A DNA stretch of 64,000 nt from Chloroflexota bacterium (GCA_003158675.1 PMKN01000089.1:77932-141931); one strand, 5' to 3'; positions 28,596 through 40,810 are shown, counted from the first letter of the stretch. The notes: generated by a model from the sequence alone, not told the origin. Numbers and translations: made by a program.

Positions 28596-30461
28596 ATGAC
28601 GACGCGCTACGGTGACGCAGAGCGCGAGCAGCTTGCCGAATTGGTCCATGGTCACGCCGGCTTCGAATGGGCGATCGCCCGAGCCGTTTCGGCGCTGCCA
28701 ACAGACGCCACCCATATCGTCCACTTCGGGTGCGGCATCGGCTGGTTGACCGCCGAGATCAGCCGGAGTCGGCGCAAGGCGTCGGTGACTGGGATCGATC
28801 CGAGCCTGTCTGCGATCCAAACTGCCCGCGCACTGTTCGCGAACGACCGGCTCCGCTTCGAAATCGGCGATCTGGCGACCAGCGAACCGGGGCCGGGGCT
28901 GCTGGCGGAGGTCCTGGTCCTGTCGAGCACCCAGGCGATACTCTTGAGTCAGGCGCGATCCGAGGTGGTTCGGGCCGCCTCCGCCTCGACCGCCGACCGG
29001 GCCGCGGTCTTGCTCCATCTTCGGGACCCAAGGAAGAGCCCGCGGGCGTCCACATCCGCGAGCGCCGAACCCTCCGCGGACCTGAAGTCTGGACTGCGCG
29101 AACTGGCCGAGGCACTTGGCGGGAAGATCGCCTTCCAGGCCACTTCGGACCGCGGCAACGACACCCAGAGCATCGTGCTCATCCAGCGCGGGTATGCGAG
29201 CCAGCCCGCGAGCGCCGGGCACGCGAGAGACTTCGCCATCGAAGGCAAGAGCCGCCGCCGAGCCCGAGTGTCGTCGCGGCTGGGGCTACGCGTCGCACCG
29301 GCCGGCACGCTGATTCCGAACCGCACCGGACCGGCTGTGCTCGTGGTCTCTCCGAACCCGAACTCCGTGGTCGAGACGTTCATCAACGCCATAGTCGAGG
29401 GATTGCCCGTCCGCGTCGAAGTCTTGTTCGGCATCCCGCCAGACGCCCGAGACGTGGACAATCGAAGGCTCATCCCGAAATGGGCGCGCGTCCTCAAGAG
29501 GGTGCTACGGAAGGTACGCATGCGGAGCGTCGCGTCCCAAATCGATGGCTTCTTCATTGGCCGCTTCTTCAGGCAGAGGCATATCCGAGTACTGCTCGCC
29601 GAATACGGCCCCACCGGCACGCACCTACTTGAGACATGCCGGCGGCATTCCATGCCTTTGGTGACGCAGTTCAATGGGTACGATGCATACGACCGGCCAA
29701 CCGTCGACAGTCTCCGGGCGGATTACCGGTGCCTCCTGGCCGAGGAGTCCGCGACGGTCGCCGTGTCCCAGGACATGCGGGCCCGCCTCTACGAACTTGG
29801 CGCCCGCCCCGGCAGCGTGCACTGGATCCCCTGCGGCGCCGATCCAGATCGCTTCAACGCAACTCGTGCCGAACTCAACCCACCGATCTTCCTGGCGGCC
29901 GGGCGGTTCGTGGAGAAGAAGGCTCCGCATCTGACCCTGTTGGCGTTCAGCCGGGTCGTGAAAGACGTTCCCACCGCCCGACTCCAGATGGTGGGCGACG
30001 GCCCCCTCCTCGACGCCTGTCGCCAACTGGCCGAGGCGCTCGGCATTGCGGGCTCTGTGGAGTTCCTCGGTTTCAAGCCGCACGAGGATCTGGCTGAACT
30101 CATGCAGAATGCCCGAGCGTTCGTCCAGCACTCGGTGACGGCTCCGTCCGGCGACAGCGAAGGGACGCCGGTAGCCATCCTTGAAGCCGGCGCCTCAGGT
30201 CTTCCCGTCGTGTCCACACGGCATGGCGGGATACCCGAGATCGTGGTCGACGGGGAGACCGGATATCTCGTGCAGGAAGGTGACGTGGAATCGATGGCAG
30301 ACCGGATGCGCGAGCTTGCGCTCGATCCTTCACTAGCCGGACGGCTCGGGGCCCAGGCTCGTGTACATGTCCTTGAGCACTTCAGCCAGTCGACCTTGCT
30401 TGCTCAATTCGGGCAGGTTCTGCGGGACGCGATGGCCGATGATCGGCGTATGAGGACGTGA
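28596..30461 (+). CDS. bifunctional SAM-dependent methyltransferase (N-terminal) / GT4 glycosyltransferase (C-terminal)
   Basis: N-terminus: class I methyltransferase motifs I (IVHFGCGIGWLTAEI), post-I (VTGIDPS) and II (RLRFEIGDLA). C-terminus: GT4 (FLAAGRFVEKKAPHLTL...EGTPVAILEAGASGLPVVSTRHGGIPEIVVDGETGYLV). Confidence 0.75.
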   Translation: MTTRYGDAEREQLAELVHGHAGFEWAIARAVSALPTDATHIVHFGCGIGWLTAEISRSRRKASVTGIDPSLSAIQTARALFANDRLRFEIGDLATSEPGPGLLAEVLVLSSTQAILLSQARSEVVRAASASTADRAAVLLHLRDPRKSPRASTSASAEPSADLKSGLRELAEALGGKIAFQATSDRGNDTQSIVLIQRGYASQPASAGHARDFAIEGKSRRRARVSSRLGLRVAPAGTLIPNRTGPAVLVVSPNPNSVVETFINAIVEGLPVRVEVLFGIPPDARDVDNRRLIPKWARVLKRVLRKVRMRSVASQIDGFFIGRFFRQRHIRVLLAEYGPTGTHLLETCRRHSMPLVTQFNGYDAYDRPTVDSLRADYRCLLAEESATVAVSQDMRARLYELGARPGSVHWIPCGADPDRFNATRAELNPPIFLAAGRFVEKKAPHLTLLAFSRVVKDVPTARLQMVGDGPLLDACRQLAEALGIAGSVEFLGFKPHEDLAELMQNARAFVQHSVTAPSGDSEGTPVAILEAGASGLPVVSTRHGGIPEIVVDGETGYLVQEGDVESMADRMRELALDPSLAGRLGAQARVHVLEHFSQSTLLAQFGQVLRDAMADDRRMRT

Positions 30462-30546
30462 GCGCTTCCCTGCATCATTGCACCCGGGCATTGGTCCAGC
30501 CCGCACGCGAAGCACCACAGCACTCGCAGGAGTGGACAAACCATCC

Positions 30547-31302
30547 ATGAGGATCATCGGAGACGGTCTCATCGCGCGAAGCCTGCAGCCTTTCGCGGGA
30601 GCCCACGATCGCGTCTTGGCCTTCGCCACCGGGGTCTCCGATTCAGCTTGTACGAGCGATACCGAGTTTGCTCGAGAGTGCGCCCTTCTCTACGAGGTCC
30701 TGGAGGATGCGAGGTCGGCGCACGCAAAGATCGTCTACTTCTCCGGCGGAGGAGCCCTGTATGGACGATGGGATCGGCCGGCGATCGAATCCGGCCCGCT
30801 TGAGCCGCGCTCGCAATACGGTCGCCACCAGCTGTTCTGTGAGGGCGTCGTGGCCGCCGCCGGGGTCTCGTACCTCGTCGTGCGATTGCCGAACGTGGTG
30901 AGCGGCGGAGCCAACCCTCATCAGCTCATTCCCAACATCGTCGCGCAGGTCCTTGAGGGGCAGGTGCACGTTCAATCCCGCGCGCAGCGCGACCTCATCG
31001 ATGCCGCCGATCTGGGCCCGGTGGTCGTCGAACTCCTCGGGTCCGCCGCGGATCGAGATGTCGTCAACGTCGCGACGGGCATCTCAGTGGACGCCCCGAC
31101 CATAGTGAGCGAGATCTGCGCGATCCTCGGCGCGAGCCCCTCGATCATCGCCGAAGATCGAGGGGAGTCTCAGCATTTCGATACAGCTCACCTTCGGCAA
31201 ATCCTGGGTCGCGATCCATTCGCCAATGGGAGTACCTACCGGGAGCTACTACGCCGGTATGTCCCGCAGCTCGCCGAGGGGTTGACCAAGTCGCGCGTGT
31301 GA
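30547..31302 (+). CDS. short NAD(P)-binding Rossmann protein (RmlD-substrate-binding-like / atypical SDR)
   Basis: ATG 30547 (MRIIGDGLIARSL...). Atypical glycine motif and a YGRHQ segment that may correspond to Y-x3-K; only ~250 aa. Confidence 0.4.
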   Translation: MRIIGDGLIARSLQPFAGAHDRVLAFATGVSDSACTSDTEFARECALLYEVLEDARSAHAKIVYFSGGGALYGRWDRPAIESGPLEPRSQYGRHQLFCEGVVAAAGVSYLVVRLPNVVSGGANPHQLIPNIVAQVLEGQVHVQSRAQRDLIDAADLGPVVVELLGSAADRDVVNVATGISVDAPTIVSEICAILGASPSIIAEDRGESQHFDTAHLRQILGRDPFANGSTYRELLRRYVPQLAEGLTKSRV

Positions 31303-31372
31303 CGCTCACCGGTCGGCAGATGCGAATGCCTGAAGGATTGGCCGCTCGGTTCAGCCCACGCGAGGCGCTCCC

Positions 31373-32491
31373 CTACAGCCGAGCTTCGACCATGCTAACG
31401 AGTTGCCCCATCCTGTTGTGCCAGGTGTGGTCCCGCAGTGTCCGCGCCTGACCGGCGGATGCGATCCTCGAGGCCTCCTCGGGGTGGCCGTGGTAATAGG
31501 AGACCAGACTTGCGCACTCCTCAGGGCTGTTGTACACGATGACTTCGGCTCCCACATCGAACAGGTCGGGCAGAGTCGACTTGGCATCTGTCACGAGCAA
31601 GGCACCCATCCCGGTCGCTTCGTAGAGCCGCAGATTCGCCGCGTAGGGACCGGCGACGGCGCCGTGTTGGTTCAGCGTTATGCGGGACCGCGAAAGCACC
31701 TCGTACATACCCCGTCCCCAGGCGGGACCCCTGACCAGCCGCCGAAGAGGCGACTCGGCGGGCAAACCCGTAGCGTCGCCGGTCCAGATCTGGATGGGAG
31801 TTACTGCCGCAACGGCCTCGACGAGTTCGCGGCGTCCGGGATGCTGCCGTCCCAATGACCCGACGAACGAAGCGGGGATGTCGCGGTCGAGGACCGGCAC
31901 CTCGGCCAGTACCGCGGGCGAGAAAGCAAGCGGCAGCCACTCGGACGCAATGCCTTCGCTGCGAAACCGCTCCACGAGCGAAGGCAGAGCCGAGACGATG
32001 AGGTTATAGGACCGGGAGTCCAGGCCGCCGGGTAGTTCCGTCGCCACCTGAGCGACCAGCAGTCGGGTCAAGGTCTGCATCCGCGCGGCTATGGCTGAGG
32101 GCATGATGCCGATGATCCCAACGTAGACCACATCGGGACGGTGGACTCGGACCTGTTCGAGCAGCAACTCCCAGCTTATCTGCGGACGGGGCCGTGACAG
32201 CCACGGCACGATGTCGCGGCGCCGCCGGAAGCTCCAGCGCCCCTTCACCAAATCCGATACGCCGTGCTCTCTAGCCCACGCCTGCTGCGCCGGATAGGCA
32301 TTGGGGACGATAACCTCGGCTTCGTGGCCGAGCTGGCGAAGGGCCTCGGCCTGGAATTCGGCCTCGCCGAACATTCCGGCGCGGATCGCAGCCTGCTGTT
32401 CCTCGTAGGACGCGGAAGCAAGTTCCGGGCGATCACGGTAGATGCCGTCGAGGAAGGCCGAGTAGTTGGTGTCGATGAACAGGTAGCGCAT
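31373..32491 (-). CDS. glycosyltransferase, GT-B fold (CgeB/DUF3880-like GT1/GT4 relative)
   Basis: 372 aa. C-terminal GT-B nucleotide-binding half (GMYEVLSRSRITLNQHGAVAGPYAANLRLYEATGMGALLVTD). Confidence 0.5.
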   Translation of the reverse strand: MRYLFIDTNYSAFLDGIYRDRPELASASYEEQQAAIRAGMFGEAEFQAEALRQLGHEAEVIVPNAYPAQQAWAREHGVSDLVKGRWSFRRRRDIVPWLSRPRPQISWELLLEQVRVHRPDVVYVGIIGIMPSAIAARMQTLTRLLVAQVATELPGGLDSRSYNLIVSALPSLVERFRSEGIASEWLPLAFSPAVLAEVPVLDRDIPASFVGSLGRQHPGRRELVEAVAAVTPIQIWTGDATGLPAESPLRRLVRGPAWGRGMYEVLSRSRITLNQHGAVAGPYAANLRLYEATGMGALLVTDAKSTLPDLFDVGAEVIVYNSPEECASLVSYYHGHPEEASRIASAGQARTLRDHTWHNRMGQLVSMVEARL

Positions 32492-32493
32492 TG

Positions 32494-33426
32494 CTAGGCG
32501 CGGGGACGAGATTGCCCGGACTCACCACCGGCCGGCTGAGGGGCGACGAACAGAAACCCGCGGTAGTCGGCCTGTTCGGGAGCGTTTGGTACCGGCGGGC
32601 GTTCCTGGATCAGGAATTCCCGAACGAGTGTGAGGCCAAGCTCCACGGCGAAACCTAGAAACTCTCCCTCGTTGAGGAACCATCCGGGGTACTCCGTCGC
32701 GTAACCGTGGCGATAGGGGTGCTGAACGACCACGAAAGAAGGGGCGTGCTGCACGAACGGCTGCCTGGTGACGTAGACGTACCCATCGCAGACGTTTGCG
32801 AGGCCGGCCAGCTTCGCCCGCCAGTCTTGTGAGTACTGCAGCGAGCTGCTCGCGACCACGAGGTCATATCGCCGGGACAACGCCGCTTCCTCGCTGGTCG
32901 GGAAACTGACCTGGGGTAGCACGCTTCGACCGCCCTCAGCCAGAGACGGCAGGTCGAAACATGTGTAGTCCAAGACCAAGTCAGGCATCAGCGCCCGGGC
33001 GTAGACGTAGTAATGGCCGATCCCTCCGCCCCAGTCCAGAACCGAGAGTCGATCCCGTTTGTAGGCCGCTCGGGCCAGTACGTATGCGAAGCTCATCACG
33101 GTGTTGTGGAGCGCGTAGTCGAGGTCGGCGACCGCGGACTCGTGGGACCGCCCGAAGGGATCTGCGCCGTTGGCCGAGTCGACGAACGCGGCCCAGCGCG
33201 ATAGCTGCGTCGACGCCACAGACTCGGAGTCCCAGCCCCGCAGGTGCTTACTTTCGTCTGGCCAACCGCCGGGAAGATACTCCCAGTCTGGCATCTCGGC
33301 GCGACGAATCCTGCGGGTCGTGGCCCGAACTAGCTTGACGACTCCTGGCGGCAGGACGTTTCGGGCGATAGATCTGGCGGTACGAGCCAGGGTCCGGCTC
33401 ATGAGGCCTCGGGGCGCGGCCGGCAT
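32494..33426 (-). CDS. SAM-dependent methyltransferase (class I; glycan-cluster-associated type)
   Basis: Motif I LSVLDWGGGIGHYYV; motif II region YDLVVASSSLQY. Confidence 0.6.
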   Translation of the reverse strand: MPAAPRGLMSRTLARTARSIARNVLPPGVVKLVRATTRRIRRAEMPDWEYLPGGWPDESKHLRGWDSESVASTQLSRWAAFVDSANGADPFGRSHESAVADLDYALHNTVMSFAYVLARAAYKRDRLSVLDWGGGIGHYYVYARALMPDLVLDYTCFDLPSLAEGGRSVLPQVSFPTSEEAALSRRYDLVVASSSLQYSQDWRAKLAGLANVCDGYVYVTRQPFVQHAPSFVVVQHPYRHGYATEYPGWFLNEGEFLGFAVELGLTLVREFLIQERPPVPNAPEQADYRGFLFVAPQPAGGESGQSRPRA

Positions 33427-33518
33427 GCGTTTCCCGGGCGGGCGTAGCGGACAACCGAATCAATCACGGTCCGATTCTCGCATACGGGGCTTTGCGAAGT
33501 GGAGTACCAGACCGCCCG

Positions 33519-34490
33519 CTACAGGCGGAACGACTTCGGCGAGACCATGATCTGGCGCCTCAGCACCCGAAGGATGACTCGGCGCCAGCCGTAGCGCGGA
33601 AACCGGAGGCTGCTGGCCCTATGAATCGCTGGCGCCCGAGCCCGAATCGCACCGGTGGCCGACCGCAGTTCTTTCAGGTAGCCACCGTAGAGCCGGGACG
33701 TGATACGGGCGCTCATGCGACCGTAGCCGTCGATACCGAGGTCCCACAGGCCTGGCCCGACAGCCTTGAACCCCTGGAAGTGATAGAAGACCAGCGGTTG
33801 ACCGTTGACGGTGGGCGGATCGGCTTTCACGTCTATGTCGTACTGCATGAAGTTCCAGGGTGCGAGGTCGACCCCGAGATGCTCGATAACCCGGACGCCG
33901 GGAAGAGCGGGCCAGCTGTCGAGATAGCCCTGGTCGGCAAACTTGCCATCCTCGACGCGGTCGTAGCACCACGCCAGGCACTGCTCGCGCCAATGGCTGA
34001 GGACTGCCCGACCGGCGGCGTCGTTGCGGAACGTCAGCAGCGCGACGTTGTAGGTGCCGTATTTGGCAAGCTCCAAAAGGTGCGGCGGGTAACGGTGAGG
34101 GACGATCACCACAGATCCCCTGGCCAGCTCATCGAAGACCGGCTGCGGGCTCGAGTAGAACAGCAGGTCCGAATCCAGATACGTGATCGAATCGATGTCA
34201 GGCATCCGGGCCAGCAGAAACCACGGCAGAGCGGGCGACAGAGTGAAGTAGTACTCCACCGTCGAACGGTTCTTCTTGGCGTCCAAGAGCGCCGGGTCCG
34301 CCTGCTCCAGATCCGTCAGACGGAGAGGACGCAGCGACTCGACGTTGAGCGCGGAAACCGCCTGGTAGGCATCTTCGTCGAGGCACAGAGCCCAGAGCGT
34401 GAAGGGCGGACTATGCCGCACGAGGGACTGGTGCAATGCCACGGCGCGAGTGAGGTAGTTGCGGTCGAAATAGGTACAGAAATGGATCAC
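33519..34490 (-). CDS. putative GT-A fold glycosyltransferase (DxD motif)
   Basis: MIHFCTYFDRNYL... N-terminus typical of GT8/GT-A 'nucleotide-diphospho-sugar transferase' proteins; DxD in YLDSDLLFY. Confidence 0.45.
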   Translation of the reverse strand: MIHFCTYFDRNYLTRAVALHQSLVRHSPPFTLWALCLDEDAYQAVSALNVESLRPLRLTDLEQADPALLDAKKNRSTVEYYFTLSPALPWFLLARMPDIDSITYLDSDLLFYSSPQPVFDELARGSVVIVPHRYPPHLLELAKYGTYNVALLTFRNDAAGRAVLSHWREQCLAWCYDRVEDGKFADQGYLDSWPALPGVRVIEHLGVDLAPWNFMQYDIDVKADPPTVNGQPLVFYHFQGFKAVGPGLWDLGIDGYGRMSARITSRLYGGYLKELRSATGAIRARAPAIHRASSLRFPRYGWRRVILRVLRRQIMVSPKSFRL

Positions 34491-35668
34491 GAAGGGCGTT
34501 CCAACCCAGCCGCCATCCTCGGAGCGCTATTTGCCCACTCGAGAACGGCCTGGATAACTCGCTCCACTTCCTCGTCCGAGAGACTCGGGAACATCGGCAG
34601 GCTGACGATCTCACTGACCACGCGTTCCGTGACCGCCAGTCCAGCTGGCTGCGGCAGCCGTCCGGCGTAGGCGGGTTGAAGGTGCACAGGCACGGGATAG
34701 TGGATGGCGGTCGAAATGTCACGGTCGCGGAGCGAGGCCATCAACGCTTCGCGATGGCTGCTTCTGACCACGTACTGATGGAAGGCGTGCTCGACACCCT
34801 GGGTGACGGCCGGTATGCCCACCGCCGATTCGCCGAGACCGGAATCGTAGCGCGCGGCGATGGTCCGCCTGCGTGCGTTATCTTCGTCGAGATATGGCAG
34901 TTTCGCTCGCAGGATGGCTGCCTGGACTTCGTCGAGCCGGCTGTTCATCCCCGGAACAGCGCTTACATAGCGGTCCCTCCACCCGTACTGACGCAGTTCC
35001 CGCACCCTGGCTGCGAGGCTCGCGTCATCCGTCGCCACCAGCCCGCCGTCGCCGAGCGCGCCCAGGTTCTTCGTCGGGTAGAAGCTGAACGCGGCAATAT
35101 CGCCCCAGGTCCCCGCGATGCGCCCGTCATGCCGCGCCCCATGGGCTTGAGCGCAGTCCTCCACGACGAGCAGTCCCGCGGCGCGGGCGATGCGCATGAT
35201 CTCGGTCATATCGGCGATCTGGCCGTAGAGATGCACGACGACCACGGCCTTGGGCCGGCTGCCCCCCGGACGAGGATCCGCCGCGATGGCCTCCGCCAGG
35301 CTGGCCGGATCCATCGTGTAGGTGGCTTCATCGACGTCCACGAGGACCGGCGTCGCCCCGGTGCGCTCGACACCCACCACTGTCGCCACCGCTGTATGCG
35401 AAACGGTGTAGACCGCGTCCCCGGGACCGACACCGAGAGCTCGCAAGGACAGCTCGACCGCATCTGTCCCGTTGCCCACCCCGACGCCCTCGCCCAGACC
35501 TAGATAGGCGGAGAACTCCGCCTCGAAAGCGCGGACCTCATTCCCCAGGATGTACCAGCCGCTGTCCAGTGTTCGCCGGACGGCGGCGTCGATCTCCGCC
35601 TGATGGCCACGGTAGTCGCGGCCGGGCGAGGACTGAGGGATTGCCGCGAACCCCCTCTTCTCAGACAT
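34487..35668 (-). CDS. PLP-dependent sugar aminotransferase (DegT/DnrJ/EryC1/StrS family)
   Basis: ATG 35668, overlapping the upstream stop by 8 bp. Conserved PLP-lysine region (AFSFYPTKNLGALGDGG) and DAV...GxGDxV motifs. Confidence 0.85.
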   Translation of the reverse strand: MSEKRGFAAIPQSSPGRDYRGHQAEIDAAVRRTLDSGWYILGNEVRAFEAEFSAYLGLGEGVGVGNGTDAVELSLRALGVGPGDAVYTVSHTAVATVVGVERTGATPVLVDVDEATYTMDPASLAEAIAADPRPGGSRPKAVVVVHLYGQIADMTEIMRIARAAGLLVVEDCAQAHGARHDGRIAGTWGDIAAFSFYPTKNLGALGDGGLVATDDASLAARVRELRQYGWRDRYVSAVPGMNSRLDEVQAAILRAKLPYLDEDNARRRTIAARYDSGLGESAVGIPAVTQGVEHAFHQYVVRSSHREALMASLRDRDISTAIHYPVPVHLQPAYAGRLPQPAGLAVTERVVSEIVSLPMFPSLSDEEVERVIQAVLEWANSAPRMAAGLERPS

Positions 35669-36662
35669 ACTTGTCGAGGTTCTGGCGGTAGAACTCGAGC
35701 GTACGAGCCAACCCGACCTCCAACGGAACGCGCGGCTCCCAGCCGATCGCCGTCCGTATCGCCGTGAAGTCCGCGTAGTAGTCCCCGATGTCGATCCGCT
35801 TGCGCTCGGGCGGGAAGCTCCGCGTTTCGGCGACGCCGCCACCGTTCACCTTGATCAGGAGGCTCGCCAGATCGTGGAGGCTGATGACTTCAAGGCCCCC
35901 CAGGTTGAACGTACGCCCGTTCGCATTCTCGTCGCTTGCGCAGGCCAGGAACGCTTCAACCGCGTCGTCCACGTAAGTGAAGTCTCGCAGCTGGGATCCC
36001 TCCCAGACCTCGAACGGCTCGCCGCGAATCACTTGCCGGATCCAGATCCCGAGGAACGTCTGGCGCGCGTCGCAGATGCGCATATGTGGTCCGTATGTGT
36101 TCGTGAGCCGGAGTGCGCAGGCCCGGATCCCATAAACGTCGTTGTAGAGAATGTGGTAGGCCTCGCCGGCGGCCTTGTTGATGCCGTTGACGTCTACGGG
36201 CCGAACCAGGTGCTTTTCGTCGACCGGGACGTATTGCGGGCGGCCGTAGATCTGACGGGTGCTCGCGAATACGATCTTTATCTCGGGATTGAACTTACGG
36301 CAGGTTTCGAGAATTGCCAGCTGAGCCCGACCGTTTATCTCCAGGTCTGTCTCCGGGTCCTTCATTGAATCCATGTGGCCCGTCTGGCCCGCGAGATTGA
36401 AGAGGAAGTCCTGGCCGCCGATGAGGTACCGGAGTCCATGTTCGTCTCGAACGTCCGAGATATTGATCCTGATCCGATCGGCGAACTTCGATACGTTGAA
36501 GAGGTTGCCGCCGTATTCGGGGATGAGGCTGTCCACGACAGTGACGTCGGCTCCCCAGTCCACGAGCCGCCCCGCAAGATGGGAGCCGATAAAGCCGAGT
36601 CCCCCGGTTATCAGCACTCGCTTGCCGGCGAAGTCGCGGTGGGAGGATTGGCCTTCGGTCAT
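35661..36662 (-). CDS. NAD-dependent sugar epimerase/4,6-dehydratase (SDR family)
   Basis: RVLITGGLGFIGSHLAGRLV; catalytic YGINKAAGE. It is coupled to the downstream aminotransferase, suggesting a 4-keto to amino-deoxy sugar branch. Confidence 0.8.
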   Translation of the reverse strand: MTEGQSSHRDFAGKRVLITGGLGFIGSHLAGRLVDWGADVTVVDSLIPEYGGNLFNVSKFADRIRINISDVRDEHGLRYLIGGQDFLFNLAGQTGHMDSMKDPETDLEINGRAQLAILETCRKFNPEIKIVFASTRQIYGRPQYVPVDEKHLVRPVDVNGINKAAGEAYHILYNDVYGIRACALRLTNTYGPHMRICDARQTFLGIWIRQVIRGEPFEVWEGSQLRDFTYVDDAVEAFLACASDENANGRTFNLGGLEVISLHDLASLLIKVNGGGVAETRSFPPERKRIDIGDYYADFTAIRTAIGWEPRVPLEVGLARTLEFYRQNLDKYV

Positions 36663-36865
36663 GAGCTAGTCGTCCAACCTGACACGGGCTGCCTGGTCCA
36701 AATCGGCGGTATCGATTGCACCGCCGCACCGAGTCTGGATTCTTGCATATCGGTCACGCCTCGCGCTTGTTGGCATCGGCGCCACGCCGACCTGGACTCG
36801 AGCGTCCCTCGGCCGACGAAACGAATCGACCGACAGCTGTCACCCGCAAGTCCTCTTAGAAGGAC

Positions 36866-37690
36866 CTAGGCCCTCGAGCTCCTGTCCTCGCTCGACCTCC
36901 CCAGCAGCGCTCGCTTGGCCAGCCTTCGGAAGACGCGTGTAACCGGCGAGACAACCGGCCCGACGAAGCCCACCTTAAACAGCGAAATCGCCGCCCGGCT
37001 ACGGAGCGGCATTCCGTGCCGTCGCCGAATCTTCAGGCTCTGTCGGGCCGCGGCGGCAGATCCCGCAACAGACTTGGCGCGCGGATGCTCCCGAAAGCGA
37101 GCCAAAACCTCGGTAGGAAGAGTCTTCATCGCGCCGACTTTCGCCAGCTTCAGCCACAGGTCGACGTCCATCGCAAGGTCATAGCCCAGTTCAAGCCCTC
37201 CACAGCGCCGGTAGGCTTCTGCGGAAAAGAAAGTAGCCGGTTGCGCCGGATTGGCCGGCAGTCGCAGGAGGCCCTGAAGGGTTGGCACCGACAGCGATCC
37301 GCCCGCTCCCACGACAGCGCCGTGGGCATCGATCACCAGACAGGCGCCCGTTACCATTGCCAGCGTCGGGTCGGCAGTGAAGACATCCACTACACGCCGG
37401 AGCGCGCGGGGCTCGAGAACGTCGTCGGCGTTGAGCCAGCCAAAGATATCGCCCGTGGCTCTGCTGAAACCTTTGATGAGGGCGTCCGTCTGGCCGGCGT
37501 CGGGGCCTATGATCGCTTCATATCCCAGGGTGCTGTGCTCACGAAGCCACTCGGCACTGCCGTCCGTGGAACCTCCGTCATACACAAGATGCTCGACTTC
37601 GACGTCGTGCCGTTGCTCGGCAACCGAGCTGATGCACTCGGGCAACCAGGGCATCCCGTTGTAGACCGGGGTCACGACCGTGACCTTCAT
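36866..37690 (-). CDS. glycosyltransferase family 2
   Basis: VTVVTPVYNGMPWLPECISSVAEQ...YDGGSTDGS...NADD. ATGA overlap with the upstream GT2 (37687-37690). Confidence 0.8.
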   Translation of the reverse strand: MKVTVVTPVYNGMPWLPECISSVAEQRHDVEVEHLVYDGGSTDGSAEWLREHSTLGYEAIIGPDAGQTDALIKGFSRATGDIFGWLNADDVLEPRALRRVVDVFTADPTLAMVTGACLVIDAHGAVVGAGGSLSVPTLQGLLRLPANPAQPATFFSAEAYRRCGGLELGYDLAMDVDLWLKLAKVGAMKTLPTEVLARFREHPRAKSVAGSAAAARQSLKIRRRHGMPLRSRAAISLFKVGFVGPVVSPVTRVFRRLAKRALLGRSSEDRSSRA

Positions 37691-38598
37691 TCAAACTCCG
37701 CTGCGTGGTGCTCGTATGCAGCAGCCACTTTCTCCGCCTCAGCCTCGTAGAACGCTTCAACGGCCCGTCGGTCACCGTTGACCTGCCATTCGCGGACCTT
37801 GGCGGCCGCGGCCAGCTTGTAGGTGGCCATCATGGCCGACAGGTAGAAGCCCCGCCAGCCGTCCCGGTAGCCCTGAAGACGCACGTATCGGCGCCAGAAT
37901 TCCCGCAAGGCTCGCAACCCAGCGCGCGGCACCGACCCAGCCTTTGCGTCCGTTCGCACCCGTTCCGACTCAATGTCCGTATAGCGATTGAGCTTCTCCA
38001 GGAAATGGCGCACATCCAGATAATTGAAGTGGACGATGGCCAGACCTTCCATATAGGGCAGCCTCATGACCCTCGCGCCTGGTTGGATCTCCAGGAAGCC
38101 GTGGATTTGGGGCGGCGTGGCCACAGACCCTCTACGGAAGAACCGCTCGTGACGGTCCTGAGTCGGACCCCAACCTGTCCGGCGAAGCGGGGCGCCCAGC
38201 AGGTAGTTGAGCCACGGTAGGACGACGACGTCGGCTTCGTCTCTCCTGACCACTTCCAAGAGCCGGGTGCTCAGTGGGAGCGGCACGAGTTCGTCGGCAT
38301 CGAGAAGCAGTATCCAGTCTCCGGTTGCCTGCGCGATGGCATACGCCCTGGCGGGATCGGCGTAGCCAAGCGGTTCATGCAGGAACACCCTGGCGCCGAA
38401 GCTGCTTGCGATTTCCCGCGTGGCGTCGCTGCTATGCATGTCAACCACAATGATCTCGTCTGCCCAGTTTCGGACGGACCGCAACGCAAACGGCAGTCGT
38501 CGCTCCTCGTTGAGCGTGTTCATGACGACGGAGATGCGCGGTCTCGACGTCGTTTGGGCCGGCAATTCCGAGTTCGACAAAGGGTGTCTACCACGCAT
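37687..38598 (-). CDS. glycosyltransferase family 2
   Basis: ATG 38598; the track ORF extends falsely to 39498. ISVVMNTLNEERRL...IVVDMHSSDAT...LLDADE. Confidence 0.75.
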   Translation of the reverse strand: MRGRHPLSNSELPAQTTSRPRISVVMNTLNEERRLPFALRSVRNWADEIIVVDMHSSDATREIASSFGARVFLHEPLGYADPARAYAIAQATGDWILLLDADELVPLPLSTRLLEVVRRDEADVVVLPWLNYLLGAPLRRTGWGPTQDRHERFFRRGSVATPPQIHGFLEIQPGARVMRLPYMEGLAIVHFNYLDVRHFLEKLNRYTDIESERVRTDAKAGSVPRAGLRALREFWRRYVRLQGYRDGWRGFYLSAMMATYKLAAAAKVREWQVNGDRRAVEAFYEAEAEKVAAAYEHHAAEFE

Positions 38599-38715
38599 TC
38601 TTGAATAGGCACTGGTCAGTCTACCCGAGTGTCCGCCGGGGCGACCATGGGTCGCCCGCTCTTCCGCCCCGTCCAAAGGGCACGCGCACACCAGGGTTTC
38701 TGCCACAATCAGCGG
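38599..38715. promoter_or_regulatory. divergent promoter region between the GT2 operon (-) and the gmd-fcl-wzx-methyltransferase operon (+)
   Basis: 117-bp gap between divergent start codons. Confidence 0.3.
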
Positions 38716-40709
<1,994 letters not shown>

Positions 40710-40810
40710 ACACCTCTCGCCGCGGCCCAACTCCACCCGGCGAGAATCCCGCCGCGGCACGGGCCGACGACTTCGCCTCCGTCAACCTGGCTTCACTCGA
40801 CTCCCCGCCC

